A stretch of DNA of 64,000 bases from positions 120,714,001 through 120,778,000 of the forward strand of contig NC_045696.1 in assembly GCF_009834535.1 (NCBI RefSeq). The letters run 5' to 3'. The notes beneath the pieces are model-generated. The model was not told where the DNA came from. It ran no database searches and was given only the letters and a program-made list of their open reading frames with translations. This document shows positions 51,250 through 64,000 of the stretch, piece after piece; the first letter of the stretch is position 1, and every line of letters begins with the position of its first letter. This DNA comes from Camelus ferus. Lineage: Eukaryota. The position numbers were made by a program, and so were the translations under genes.

Positions 51250-52649
51250 ATTTGTATTGCTCTTAATGAAAATGGATTAGAATTAGCTCTTGGATACAAA
51301 TATTTAATAGTATTTACAGGCTACTGTTTTATTCCCAAGTACTGCAACTATGGGAGAAAAATAGGATTTGTGGTTGTGCTAGTTTTTAATTTGTCAAATG
51401 AAGAATATTTAAGTGTTGGTCTACATTGGAGCCTGATTGTGCCATTGTTCTTTGGGTCCATGTTCTGGAACTTCAAATTTCAGTGTGGAAAGTAAGCATT
51501 TCAGAGTGTCTTCCTTAGTTAAGGTTACTAATTCATTGTCAGAAACCTTAGTACCACAGGCAATAAGGAGGCAATGGTATCTCCCTGCACTTTGCCAAAC
51601 CATAGAATCTTAGAGTTCGAGGGAATCAACTTCCCAACTGATATAAAATCACCAGTATTCACTTCTAGAACATTTTTGGTGATTGAAAACTACACTTCTG
51701 TCTGTTGAGGCTAGTTCTGTCCTTAATCTCAGCAGATTGGCGCATTTCCTTTACCAGCCTTAAAATATTTGGAGGTGCTGTCATATCCTTTATTTATTTA
51801 GAAACTTTTATTGAAATCCAATTAATGCTCATGCACTACCCTTCATAATTCTCCTCCCTAGACCAAGTATTCCTACTTTATTCCACTAATCTTCTTAAGA
51901 CCTCATTTCCAGAAATGTTACCATATCATGCCACACTTGGGGACAGGCCCTAATGATGCTCTAAACTGAATATAGAATCCTCAGGGTGTGGTTGGGTCAT
52001 ATAGTACTCTGGGGCCATTACTCTCTTGGTTTAAAAGTTGCATTTCTCATAATACAATTTAAAATATTGTTTACCTTTTTTTAGCAGTATAGAGCCTTAG
52101 CATCTGATGCTTTAGTAGATAGCTTTTGAGTTTTGGTTTTTGTATTTATCTCTATTAAGTGTTTATATATATATGCATTTATAAATGTAAGAGTAGCTGA
52201 TAAACTTGTCTGAATTATGAGGCAAGGTAGCCGCCCTTCTCCAGCTTTGAGTTGATACCATCTTGGATAAGTGTGTTGTTTAGGTATTTTGAGTTGTTGA
52301 TAGACTGTTGAACAGGATAGGGCCTCATGGCACACCTAGGGGCACTGAGTTATTAATACTTTTGGCTCACCTAGCCAGAAACCTGCCCAAGTTAGCCCGT
52401 GTGTTTCCTGTTTTTGTCATGTGACAATTTCGATAACGTTTTTTGGCATCAGAAGACTGTATAATCTTAGTACTCTGCCTTGTGAGAAATTCTCAGATAC
52501 ACATTGGTTTTAAATTGTCATTGTTTTCTTTTTCCGTAATTTTCAAAAATTATCTCTGTATCTGTTCAGGATTTTTTGGGTGTGTATTGGGGTGGGGAGG
52601 ATGAGAAGCTTCTTTGCACCAAGGTTGTTTTTAGTTAAAAAGAAGCTTT

Positions 52650-54370
52650 GTTCTTAGGTTTCTTTTTTAAACAGCTTTAGTGAGCTATAAATTCAGGTAC
52701 AAATTAATCTATTTAAAGTGTTCAAGTCAATGGTTTTTTATATTACATCTTTTTTTAAATTGTAAGATAAGTATAACAAAATTTGCTATTTTAACCATTT
52801 TAAGTGTACAATTCAGTGGCATTAAGTACACTTGTAATGTAGTGCAACCATCACCACTGTCTGTTTCCAGAATTTTCCCACCCACAACTGATGCTTCGTA
52901 TTCCTGTTCCCCACTCCTTCCAGCCTCTGGTAGCCTCTAATGTACTTTCTGTCTCTGAATTTGCTTATTTTAGGTACAGCATGTAAGTGGAATCATTTAT
53001 CGTGACTGGCTTACTCCACTTAGCATAATGTATATTATATTGCAGCATACCTCAGAATTTCCTTCCTTTTTATGGCTGACTGATAAGGAGAGACCTCTGT
53101 TATTTTCCTGTTTGTTTTCTATATGCCGTATAACTTTTTGTCCCTTATTTCCTGCACTACTGCCTCTGTTGATTTTTTTTTTTGTAGTGAAACATTTAAG
53201 TTCCTATCCTACTGCTTTTTGTGTATATTCTTTAACCATTTTCTTTGTGGCTACCATGAACATTGCATATAATATTCTAAAGTCACAACACTGTAGTTTG
53301 GATTTATACCAGTTTATCTTCAGTGACATATACAAACTGCTTCTTTACATCTCCACCCTCCTTTCAGTTGTAGATGTATTCGAGGTAAATTTTTTTACAT
53401 TGTGTGTTCAGGAACCTAATTAAAAAATATATTAGTGTCTTAAACCATGTACAAAACAAAATGTGAAGTTACAAACCAAAATTGTAATAACACTAGCTTT
53501 TACACTAATAATTGCTTTAAAAAGTTTGTTAGTGCCCTCAATCATGTAGAAAACAAAAATGGAATTATAAACCAAAGTTACAGCAGTCGCAGGTTTTATA
53601 ATTTTCTATGTGTTTACCTTGACCGAGATCTTTATTTTTATATGGCTTCAGGTTACTGTCTAGTGTTTAATTTCAATCTATAGGACTCTAGCATTTCTTA
53701 CAGGGCAAGTCTACTGGTAATGAACTCCCTCAACTTGTTTATCTAGGTGGGTCTTAATTTATCCTTCAATTTTTAAAGACATCTTTCCAGGTACAGAATT
53801 CTTCATTGATTTTTTTTCTTTTAGCACTTTTAATATATCAGTCTACTTTTCTTCTGGCCTTTGTAGTTTCTGATGAGAAATATGACTGTATTATTGATGA
53901 TCCCTTGTGTGTGATGAATCCCTTCTCTCTTGCTCCTTTCGAGATTCTCTCTTTGTGTTGTCTTTTGCTTACAGTGTGTCTTGGTGTGGGTCTCTTTCAG
54001 TTCATCCTACTTGGAGGTCATTTGTATTGATGTATTTAATCAAATTTGGGAAGTTTTGGGCCATTATGTCTTCAGATATTCTCCCTGTCCCTTTCTCTCT
54101 CTCTTTTCCTTCTGGGGCTCCCATAATGCATATGTTGATTTACTTGTTGGTGTCTCACAGGTCCTTGATGCTCTGTTCACTTCAATCTTTTTTCTTTCTG
54201 TTCCTCAGATTTAAATTTCCATTGTTACATCTTCAAGTTTGCTGGCTTCTTCTGCCAGTTCAAATCAGCCTTTGAGTCCCCTTAATGACTTCTTAAATTT
54301 CAGTTATTGTACTTTTCAGCTCCAGGATTTCTTTCTGGTTTCTTTTAATGTTTTGTATCTTCTTACTCTT
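52650..54370 (-). mobile_element. Adjacent or nested old L1 fragments
   Basis: aagtgtacaattcagtggcattaagtaca (L1MB 3' end), then an older L1 body (ctagcatttcttacagggcaagtctactggtaatgaactcc). Confidence 0.7.
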
Positions 54371-54728
54371 ACTACTACCAGTTCTTTTTCTGTTATACCT
54401 CTTCTTCTGTTATACATGTATAAACTAATACTATGCTGAATCAGGAATTTTAGACTGTTTTTTAACTCAAAGCTTCAAAATAATAAAAACACCATATTTC
54501 TTTCAGATCTTTTAAGGACAAATAATTCATTTTTCAAAGGGAAAGTGCACTGTGAAAGTCTTGTAACTAGAAGTGTTTGTTCTTTACAGTTTAAGGCTAA
54601 AGCCATATGGTCTACAACTAAAAATTCATTCAGATTACTGATTCATGCCAAGTTACTTTTTGCCATTTTGGATTCAGTGGTATTATTTTGGACTGTCTTT
54701 AATTATACCTTAATGAAACAGTTGAAGA

Positions 54729-55081
54729 TTTTTTTTTTCTCTTTTTTATTGAAGTACAGTCAATTAAATGTGTCAATCTCTGGTGTACAGCACAATGTCC
54801 CAGTCTTGCATATACATACATATATTTGTTTTCATATTTTTTCCATTAAAGGTTATTACAAGATATTGAGCATAGTTCCCTGTACTATACAGAAGAAACT
54901 TTTTTAAAATCTGTTTTTGTATATAGTGGCTAACATTTGTAAATATCAAACTCCTAAATTTATCTCCTCCCACCCCCTTTCCCCGGTAACCATAAGATTG
55001 TTTACTATGTCTGAGAGTCTATTTATGTTTTGTAGATGAGTTCATAGTGTCCTTTTTTTTTTTTCTGATTCCACATACGAG
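54729..55081 (-). mobile_element. Camelid L1 3' end running into a gap
   Basis: ttattgaagtacagtcaattaaatgtgtcaatctctggtgtacagcac...ccccggtaaccataag. Confidence 0.85.
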
Positions 55082-55237
55082 NNNNNNNNNNNNNNNNNNN
55101 NNNNNNNNNNNNNNNNNNNNNNNNNNNNNNNNNNNNNNNNNNNNNNNNNNNNNNNNNNNNNNNNNNNNNNNNNNNNNNNNNNNNNNNNNNNNNNNNNNNN
55201 NNNNNNNNNNNNNNNNNNNNNNNNNNNNNNNNNNNNN
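55082..55237. other. Assembly gap, 156 N
   Basis: N run. Confidence 1.
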
Positions 55238-57302
55238 ATTGAAGCAAGGAATTAAAAATATACATGTGAGTTGCTGGTGAAGTGATATAAGATACATGTT
55301 ACGCAGATAGATGTTGAGTAGTGAGTAGCAGGAGACTTTTGATTGCACTTTCACCTCTTACCTTCTCCAGGGCATATTTTCAATATGGAATACTCATTTC
55401 AATAGAAAGAAGCCCAATTATTCATAAACAAATGTAAGAACCATCCACATATTCCGCAGCTATTTATAATACAGAGAAAATAGATCATTAACATTTAAGT
55501 GAAAGCAGTTGGATCACTGAATCTTCCTTTGACTCTTTAGTTACTTTGGATGACAAGAGGGTTTTCCCCCCAGTGTAGATCAGGAAGGAGAAAGTTTAAG
55601 TATGAATTTATTGGAATTGATTAATTCTTAATTATAAGAGTATACAATTTTTGTTTAGGGACATAGTGTTAGGTGAAATGGTTAGGAAAGAAGTCTGCTG
55701 ACTTATGCATTTGTCCTTTTAACAGTTACTGAGAACCAGACGTGTGCCAGGTATGGCCAGTGCTGGTTTGTGTGACCCACGGGTCTTGTAGCCGTTGAAT
55801 TTACGTTGTAGTGGAGGGATAAGGACATATTTGGATGAGCTGCGATAGCTAAGTGGGATCCTAGGGGGTGAGCAAATTAGTTCAGAGTTGGGAGGGGAAG
55901 TCAAGAGAAGTCCCGGGGAATGAATGAGGTCTGATGCTTAGCAGGGTGTGGAGCATGAAGGCTGGGCCTGGTCCCTCTTGTCTAGAGATAAGCTGCAGGC
56001 ATTTCAGGCAGTGGGACTAAGTGACAGACTTCTTTCCCTGCATAGGCCACTTACCATGATGTGGTTATGGACTTAAATTTTGGTAGCCATCTCAGTGGCT
56101 TCCTGAGTCAGTCCAGATTTAGTTGTCACTAAATAAATCCGTTATATATCTTACTAATAATAGGGAATAAATAATTTTTTAATAGAGCAGTATTATTAGG
56201 ACACATAAAGAAACTTATTTGTGTCAAGCAATGAAATATTTAAATACAGCTATAGGATTCTTATAGTCTCCTATTAGGTAACATTCCTTTTAGAGATACT
56301 CACGGGTTGTGAGTGTTTAAAGTGAGGGAGGAACTATGATTTCCTTGGAAGTTAGAATGTGAGTATTTAATAGAGTTAATCAAAGCCTAGATTTGTATTT
56401 TTATTCTTTTTTTTTTTTTTTTTTTTTTGCTTTTCAAAACCATCGTGTATTACTTTGGCTTGGAAAAGAAACAGCTGATAGCAGTGCAGCAGAATTTAAG
56501 TCGCGTGGCTGATGAAGAATCTGTGGTGTGTTAACTTCTATGTCACTTGATCCCTCAATTCTCTTATCTTCCTGTTGTCCGTGTGCAAAAGTGGTGTTTT
56601 CTTGCCTGCTCTTTTTACTCATGTTGGGGATTGGTTTTTCTAAACACGACTCTTGTTAGTGAGTTCTGATTAGGGATTCGATCCCTAATGGTATCTTTGG
56701 AAGCAGCTAAGGTCACTGGTTAGCAGAAACAAAGTACTGAGTAGTGAATTCTGCAAAGAATAAACCAAACTACTTAGTAAAAGGGCTTTTTTGTTTTGTT
56801 TTTTGTTTGTTTTTTGTATTTAGACAGCAGATTTAAAATGTGAGTTTTTTTGGATTGGTTTGTTCATTTTATGTAAGACTTTAGTCTCGGTCGGATTACA
56901 GATGGTTTACAATTGTATTCATCAGACAACAGTTAGGAATGAATGCCAGAGTCAATTTTTGAATCTTGCTTAAAGAGTACTGTGTGTGGAAAATTAAAAT
57001 GAAACACTTCTGCTTTTATTTAATTCTATTGGACACTTAAAAAAAACTACTAAAACTTGGGATCAAATGGATGATATTTGGCAAGAAAATCTATGATTTT
57101 TTAATGGCACTGTTGCAGGAAAAGACTATAAATTTACCTTATAAAGCACTGTAAGAAAGACTTTGTTCTTAAAGAAGTGTGTGTTATTGGAGTTTTTGGC
57201 AAGTTGGAGGTAATATGGCAAATATAGGTAAACTTAAAAAGTGTCAGTGATCCTGTTCTTTACCCCTGCATATCATTCTGCTTTAAGATATGAACTACAT
57301 TT

Positions 57303-57480
57303 GGGGGAGGGTATAGGTCAGCAGTAAAGTGCATGCCTAGCAAGCCCAAGGTCCTGGGTTCAATCCCCAGTACCTCCATTAAAAAAAAAAAAAAAGCCTA
57401 GTCCCTCTGCCAAAAAAAAAATGTACATGGTGCTGTATGTCAGTCATACCTCAATAAAACTGGAAGGAAAAAAAAAAGAA
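57303..57480 (+). mobile_element. Vic-1-type SINE followed by an L1 3'-end stub
   Basis: GGGGAGGGTATAGGTCAG...GGTCCTGGGTTCAATCCCCAGTACCTCCA-A15, then gctgtatgtcagtcatacctcaataaaactggaagg-A. Confidence 0.85.
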
Positions 57481-57489
57481 GTGAACAAA

Positions 57490-58520
57490 TTTGCCAAATC
57501 ATTTGTCTTTTGTTTTCTGGCTTATTTCACTTGGCACGTTTTCACTGTTCATCCTTGCTGTGTATGTGTCAGAACTTCATTTCTTTTTGTGGTTGAATGA
57601 TAATCCATTGTATTTTTATATGCCGTATTTTGTTTATCCATTTATTTGTGGATGGGTACTTGGGTTGTTTCCACCTTTTTGCTGATGTAAATAATACTGC
57701 ATTGGACATTGGCATACAAATGTCTGAACCTCTATTTTTAAATGTATTAAAAAAATCATACAGATTCTCTGCCAAATGTCTGCCTCATAGTAGAATTACT
57801 GGATCATATTATTTTATGTTTAGCTTTTTGAGGAACCACCAAACTGTTTTCCATAGTAGCTGCACCATTTTACATTCCCACCAGCAACATACAAAAGTTT
57901 CAGTTTCTCTGTATCCTCACCAGCACTTCGTATTTTCTGTTTTTTCTTTTTTTAATTTAAAAAATTCTGGCCACCCTAGTATATATGAAGTAGTAGTCAT
58001 TATGATTTGATTTGCATTTCCCTTGTGACTAATGATGTTAAACATCTTTTCCTGTGCTTATTAACCATTTGTAAATATACAAATGGAGAAATGTCTGTCC
58101 TGGTCCTTTGACNNNNNNNNNNNNNNNNNNNNNNNNNNNNNNNNNNNNNNNNNNNNNNNNNNNNNNNNNNNNNNNNNNNNNNNNNNNNNNNNNNNNNNNN
58201 NNNNNNNNNNNNNNNNNNNNNNNNNNNNNNNNNNNNNNNNNNNNNNNNNNNNNNNNNNNNNNNNNNNNNNNNNNNNNNNNNNNNNNNNNNNNNNNNNNNN
58301 NNNNNNNNNNNNNNNNNNNNNNNNNNNGTCCAGTTGATCTATTTTTTCTCTTTTTGTTTTTTGTGCTTTTGGTGTCATATTTAAGAATCCACTGTCAAGA
58401 ATCCAAGGTCATAAAGATTTATCCTTGTGTTTTCTTCTAAGAGTTTTATGCTTTTAGTGTTTATATTTATGTAGTCAATCCATTTTGAGCTATTACTTGC
58501 GTATTGTGTGAGGTAGGGTT
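57490..58520 (-). mobile_element. L1MB-like fragment spanning a gap
   Basis: ttgaggaaccaccaaactgttttccatagtagctgcaccattttacattcccaccagc. Confidence 0.8.
58113..58327. other. Assembly gap, 215 N
   Basis: N run. Confidence 1.
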
Positions 58521-60191
58521 ACATCACTGAATTTTGTAGCTGTGGCTAAGATGTTTACCTTCAAAGATTCTCTGTTGTGAAGTTTGGTGGAACTTATTTT
58601 CTAAGTCCTACCTTGTGCAATATTTAGTCATCATGCCCTTAGTTATTGAGTAGTAGATAGTTCATGGAACTGGGCATTTTTAGCTCTTAAACTATATTCT
58701 TAATATTGAGTCTTCAAGAATGATTCAGAATACAGAGACAAGATTGATAAATTTTATTACATAAAAACAATTTTTTTTTTGCATGGCAAAAACCATACAG
58801 TCAAGACAGCGGACAGACTAGAAGAAAATATCTGTAACATACCAAGGTAAAGAAAGGACCAAGATCTCTAATATGTAAATAACTCTTAAAAACTGAGAAA
58901 GTAAATTGCAGTAACCTGACAGAAAAATGATCAAAATACATTAAAGATGACCACCCCCAAAATATCAAAATGGTCCCTAAACACAGGAAACGATTTCAAA
59001 CTCATCATTAGAGAAGTGGAAATTAAAATACACCTAGATGCAATTTTTAGTAGACAGAAATTAAAGTATAGCAGTCGGTCCTGCTGGTGAGGCCTTGAGG
59101 AAGCAGACACATCCACTCCTGGTGAGGTAAACCGGTCCAGCCCTTTTTGAGAATTTGGTGGTATCCAGCACAGCCCTGCATGTGCATTTGCCTTTTGACC
59201 TGTCAGTTTCAGTTGTAGGAATTTTCCCTGAAGGCACAGCTTCAAAAATACGAAACTCCATATGCAGGGTTATTGATGGGCCAGTTTTTGCAGTCTCTTA
59301 CATAGAGTGGTCGAATAAACTGTGGTGTTGGTGTTGTATATGTATATAACAGAATGCTATACAGCCATAAAAAGAATGAGGAAGATATCAGCACCAAACT
59401 CTGAACAGGTGAGGACCAATTCTCAATTATGTGAGAAAGTATCTGTAGGCTATGTTACTCTAAACAAAAAAAAAAAAAGGAAAAAAGAAAATACACATGC
59501 GTATGCTCATTTGAGCAGAAGGAAACGCAGGAAAGGTACACTAGCAACTGGATGGGCTATATAAAGAGGGTGGGGTAGGGGGAGGTTGAAAGAATGGGGA
59601 GGGCTTGACCCATCTCTGATGTTACTTGTTTTGAGTAGCTTTAACTATTAGAATGAAGTTAATGTCTCATATACTCAAACAGAATTAACAAGGATGGGGG
59701 AGAGGACGGGGTAAAAAAAATAATCCCCAAATCCCAAATGGAATAATGCAAACAGAAACAAGTGAACCTAACTGTATTTCAAATGAATGACATAACCATA
59801 TTGAAGGGTAGGCATGGGAAGAAATAATCTAAGTAATTTAGGAATGTAGGATTTTGACTATAAAAGGCTATTGACAAAATAACTAAACAGACCTAAGACT
59901 AAAGACAGAAAGAACTGTACACAGATACTGTACTCTAGGTAGATTTTGTTTTTGCTTCACACTGGTGTGGTTCATACTCTAAAACTACTCTGTGTATTCT
60001 ACGTTACAGCAAATAAATATATACAATGATAATGAAAGTCAGGTTTTTCACTGTAAGAGAAAAGTGTTACAGATAAAGAAAGGGAAAAGGCTGAATGAAC
60101 TTCTGTAGAGTTAGATTGGCATTGGCAGCTTCAGTGTGGACTCACGGTTTTTAACATTTTTACAGGTAGGTATAAAATATAGATATGTGTT

Positions 60192-60192
<1 letters not shown>

Positions 60193-60230
<38 letters not shown>
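60193..60230. repeat. Compound (GT)n(AT)n microsatellite
   Basis: Direct reading. Confidence 0.95.
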
Positions 60231-60236
<6 letters not shown>

Positions 60237-60881
60237 CGTATATATTCTTATATATTCCTTAACTCAGTCTGGTGTGAAGGCCTTAGAGCCATGACACTTC
60301 TGAATAATATTTGTCAATGAAAGGAACTAAGGTTCTGGAGAAATGGCTAATTCTGATGAGAGGGCAGGGGAAATACAAAGATAAGCTTGCAACATCTTTT
60401 GGTGCCAGAAATTAAGGAAGTACTCAAAAACTGGTGAGAACATGTCAAAAGGACATAGGAGACAGCCTGTTCAAGGCTCTCCACTGGCCACAACTAGGAC
60501 AATTTGAGCAACAAAATGAGTAATAATGGATTTATAACCCACAGAATCTGTGATACAAAAAATGAAAACACACACACACATAAATGGGAAAGAAGGGAAA
60601 GTTCTTCCTTACAGTAGGATTCCACTTAATACATACAGACAAAATGATGAAATTAGAAAATGTGGTAGCCACCACAGTAATGTTTCAATGTTTCAGGCAA
60701 GAGTTACATAGCCAGCAAAAGTGTAAGGTACAGGATATTTTACTTGGTTTCAAAATCTCCCCCTACAAGACACTGACTGTATATAAAGGGAAAATAGTAA
60801 CTTAATAGTGAGAAAATCATGCAGATACCACTTTAGCCAGGTGATCAAAATTAGCATCACTGTTAATGGGACAGACAGCAC

Positions 60882-61241
60882 TCTATTACTCAGCTTCGGC
60901 TGCTAAAACAATACCATAGACTAGCTGACTTTACAGAAATGTATTTTCTCATGGTTCTAGAGACGAAGTCTAAAATCTAGGTGTTGGCAGGGTTGGGTTC
61001 TCTTGGCGGCAGGCAGCTGCTTTCTCACTGTTTCCTCATATGACCCTTCTCTGTGTGCACCTGCTTCTGGTCTTTCTCGTCTTTTAAGAAGGACACCAGT
61101 CCTTTTGGATTAGGGCCCCACCCTTATGACTTTATTTAACCTTAATTGCCTCCTTGAAGGGTCTATCTCAAATACAGTCACATTGTGGGGGTTAGGGTTT
61201 CAACATGTGACTTCTAGGGAGACGAATCTGTTGAACAAACA
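60882..61241 (-). mobile_element. MLT1B-like MaLR solo LTR
   Basis: ggctgctaaaacaataccatagactag...ggattagggcccacc-like...caaatacagtcacattgtgggggttaggg. Confidence 0.75.
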
Positions 61242-61809
61242 TCATATGCCTCTTGATATGTTTTGAGGAAAATACAGCATTACTTCTGTGGTATTTCCCT
61301 TTCCTCCAAATATATCACCTTGTGTCTGTTTTAAAAAACAGACAAACCCAACTTATAGTTTGTAGAGTAGGGATATTCTACAGAAAACCTACTTGTACTT
61401 TTCCAAAGCATCAAGGTCATGAAAGACAGAAAGGATGGGGAACTATTCCATATTTAAGGAGACTGAACAGATAACAGTTAAATGCAACAGTGATCTCAGA
61501 TTGGTTTTTTTGGGGGGAAGTTTGTTTGAATCAGGATTGAAATAAGGCCTACACAGTGTAATTGGTTGACATATCTCTTAAATATCTTTTAGTCTTAAAA
61601 TGTATCCTCTTTTCTTTTCTTATAGTTTGTTGACAGAATCAGGTTGCTTGTTCTATAGAATTTCCCACAGCCTGGAATTTGCTGAGTATATTCTTTTGAG
61701 GTAATTTAATGTGCTTCCCTGTCTCCTGTATTTCTTTAAATTGGTGGATGGGTTAAGAGCACTCGCTGTATGTTATCACTTCGAAAGATCTAAAAAAAAG
61801 ACCTATCCA

Positions 61810-61947
61810 TGGTACCCACCCATCCTTGGAACCCACTATTCCTGTGGATTCTGATTTACTTGATCTGGAGTTCTGTCTGTAGGAATTTTTAAAAGCTCCC
61901 TAGGTGATTTTAATATAGAGTTGGGGTTGAGAACCATTGCTTTAGAC
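61810..61947. mobile_element. MER5-family fragment
   Basis: tttttaaaagctccctaggtgattttaat...gggttgagaaccattgctttaga. Confidence 0.6.
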
Positions 61948-62544
61948 CTAGTTATCACTGGTCAGATTCAGCTTTAACTTTTTTGCCAACAGTACCTCAT
62001 AGAACCTGTGTTCTTAATAAACACCTCACTTACTAATAAGACCTGCCCACTTGGAGACCCTTGCCAGCTTCCGCTGTGCTCCGTGCCAGCAGTCTCTCCT
62101 TGGAGAGCTTCATCAGGGTCAGACTGACTTCTCCCGCTTGCATGGCTATGGTGTCTGGCTATTGGAAACCTTAATCTCAGCACTTTCAAAGGTGAAATGC
62201 ATGGACTTCCCTAGTCCTTGTAGAAGATAGACTAAATTCATGGGTGACTAAATAAACTCATTTTCTGATCAGTTCTGTCACCTTTTTGTACGTTCAGTGA
62301 GAGAGCATTTAAAAGGTATAGGTATGTCTCAGGATAACGCTATTCTGTTGCTCTGTAATTGTCCATTCAGACAAAATCCCAGTATTTTCTTTTTTTCTAA
62401 TAATACTTCTGATGCTGTGTATTACTAAGAATTTTGCAGAGGGTACGACTATGACAGAAACTGGTCGTACTCTTGTGAAGACCTCGAGTGGGGGCGAGGG
62501 GAATGTACAGATGTTACATCATGAGTGTTACCTTAGGGGAAGGG

Positions 62545-62750
62545 AGCCAGTATTTGAGTCCCCACCATACGCTAGGCACTGTGCCACACACTTTTATAAA
62601 TGCTGTTTCTTTTAGGTCTTGTTGAAATGAAAATTATCCTGATTTTCCACTGAGAAAAAGAATACAGAGAAGTTAAGTAATGTGTTCTGAGACACACAGA
62701 TGTCAGGACATAAAATTGGGATTATAAATTGGGATCCTGTCAAGTCTGAC
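62545..62750 (-). mobile_element. MIR SINE
   Basis: gctaggcactgtgcca...attatcctgattttccactgagaaaaag...gagaagttaagtaa. Confidence 0.55.
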
Positions 62751-62756
62751 CTTTAT

Positions 62757-62920
62757 TAGAGCAACGGTCCCTGGACCAGCAGCATCAACATTCTCTGAGA
62801 ACTTGTTAGAAGTATACTTTTTGGGACCTACTCAGGACCTGCTGATTCAGAAACTCTGGGGCTAGGGCCCAGTAACCTGTATTTTAACAAGCCTTCCAGG
62901 TGGTTCTGATGTTCACTAGT
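62757..62920. mobile_element. MER5A (hAT-Charlie)
   Basis: ccctggaccagcagcatcaacatt...gacctgctgattcagaaactctggggctagggcccagtaacctgtattttaacaagcc. Confidence 0.75.
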
Positions 62921-63804
62921 AATCTTTCTGATAATTAGCATCTTTCTGTTTACTTGCAAGTGAACCCCTTGGAAAATTTTTATAGTCGAGTTGACCTGAA
63001 ACTAGCAAATTCGAGAATCACTATACTGGAATGTTTCATCCCCTTTCCTAGCCCCCCTTTTAAAGCTGTAAAACTCTTTGTTTAAATGCTAGGGTTTTTC
63101 CCCCTGGAGCTAAAATATAAAACACAAAAAAGCAACTATTGTATTTGAAGTTGGGTGGGCCATGGAACCTTGAAGGGGATGTTGGGTGTGATACCCGCTG
63201 CACTCTATTGTTATCCCCACCCCGCTGCCCCACCCCCAGCTGAGTATGGTACGGTGTGGATATAAATGCACTTACACAGGGTTAGGAAAACACTGGCTGC
63301 TTTGTTCTCAACCAGAAGATCAGTTAAAGAAACTTGGAGTCATTTGGTTATCTTTGGGACCAAAATTTACCACTGCTTCTAATGATAGTCTCATGGGCCT
63401 TTCTACAAATACGACCACAGGTAGGTACCAAAAGTGCAGATGCTGCCTTCTACCTGGAGTCTTTTACGTCCGTAAGCTTGTCTTTGTCAGTAATTATAAG
63501 CACATCTAGATGGAATTATTTAATGTCATTCACTTGTGGCTTTAATCAACAAGCAGTTGCCTCTTAAATTGAGCAGGTCTGCCTGACTTCTGTAAATCAC
63601 AGTGAACCTGCAGTTCTTGGAACTGCTGTCATCAGTATTGTCTTGTTGGAACTGCTTTGTCACTGTTGTTTTCTTCTGCCTGTGTGTGTCTTTTTCACAT
63701 TTATATAATGGCATTGTATGGTTTGACCCTTAGACTTCCCAGAATAATAACCCTGCTTTCCTATGCTTTAGCTTATTAAAGAACTGTGGACAAGCACCTG
63801 CTCC

Positions 63805-63968
63805 TTTTTTTTTTTTTTTTTTAATTGAAGTACAGTCAGTTACAACGTGTCAGTTTCTGGTGTGCAGCACACTGTCCTAGTCATGCATATACAAACATGT
63901 ATTTGTTTTTGTATTCTTTTTCATTATAGGTTACTGTAAGATACTGAATATAGTTCCCTATGCTATAC
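63805..63968 (-). mobile_element. Camelid L1 3'-end insertion
   Basis: T run, then aattgaagtacagtcagttacaacgtgtcagtttctggtgtgcagcac. Confidence 0.8.
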
Positions 63969-64000
63969 TCCTAGTTCTTTCAAGTTTAATACCTGGCACA

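Larger units (their letters stand above)
58740..61560 (+). mobile_element. L1MC/MD-like 3' region, interrupted by MLT1B
   Basis: ctagaagaaaatatctgtaac...; gagcaacaaaatgagtaataatgg; caaagcatcaaggtcatgaaagaca. Confidence 0.65.

Noticed and set aside
56434-56622. 62-aa minus-strand ORF followed by poly(A), a possible retrocopy
   Set aside because: No canonical polyadenylation signal, no convincing TSD and no recognisable protein.
62445-63480. Acceptor/donor-like sites near 62.45 kb and 63.42-63.47 kb as the next ATP2C1 exon
   Set aside because: Neither encodes VARFQKIP or any SPCA1-like peptide, and the splice signals are weak; the true exon lies beyond the window.

Overview
Mammalian genomic DNA, almost certainly camelid, judged from repeated tRNA-Ala-derived Vic-1-type SINEs and the absence of ruminant Bov-SINEs. 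The window holds the 5' end of ATP2C1 (SPCA1, the Golgi Ca2+/Mn2+ ATPase) on the + strand. A distal alternative first coding exon at 17148-17255 encodes MDNLLPQSRFSFFKKYPLHAIRKYLSMLRNQRAEEQ. The main CpG-island promoter lies at about 35.3-36.7 kb, with a non-coding exon ending at 36352 and an exon at 36588-36771 that ends in ATG-AAG (Met-Lys). The next coding exon (V-A-R-F-Q-K-I-P in human) was not found, so everything after 36.8 kb is intron. The first 10 kb is packed with insertions: four solo LTRs with 4-bp target-site duplications, MLT1, MER2, SINEs and a processed RPL12 pseudogene. Three N-gaps all fall in multicopy sequence. I found no novel multi-gene system, CRISPR array or true RNA gene. 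The most interesting signals concern ATP2C1 N-terminal and translational regulation. Gene and repeat names come from recognition by memory, not database searches, and repeat boundaries without a TSD are approximate.
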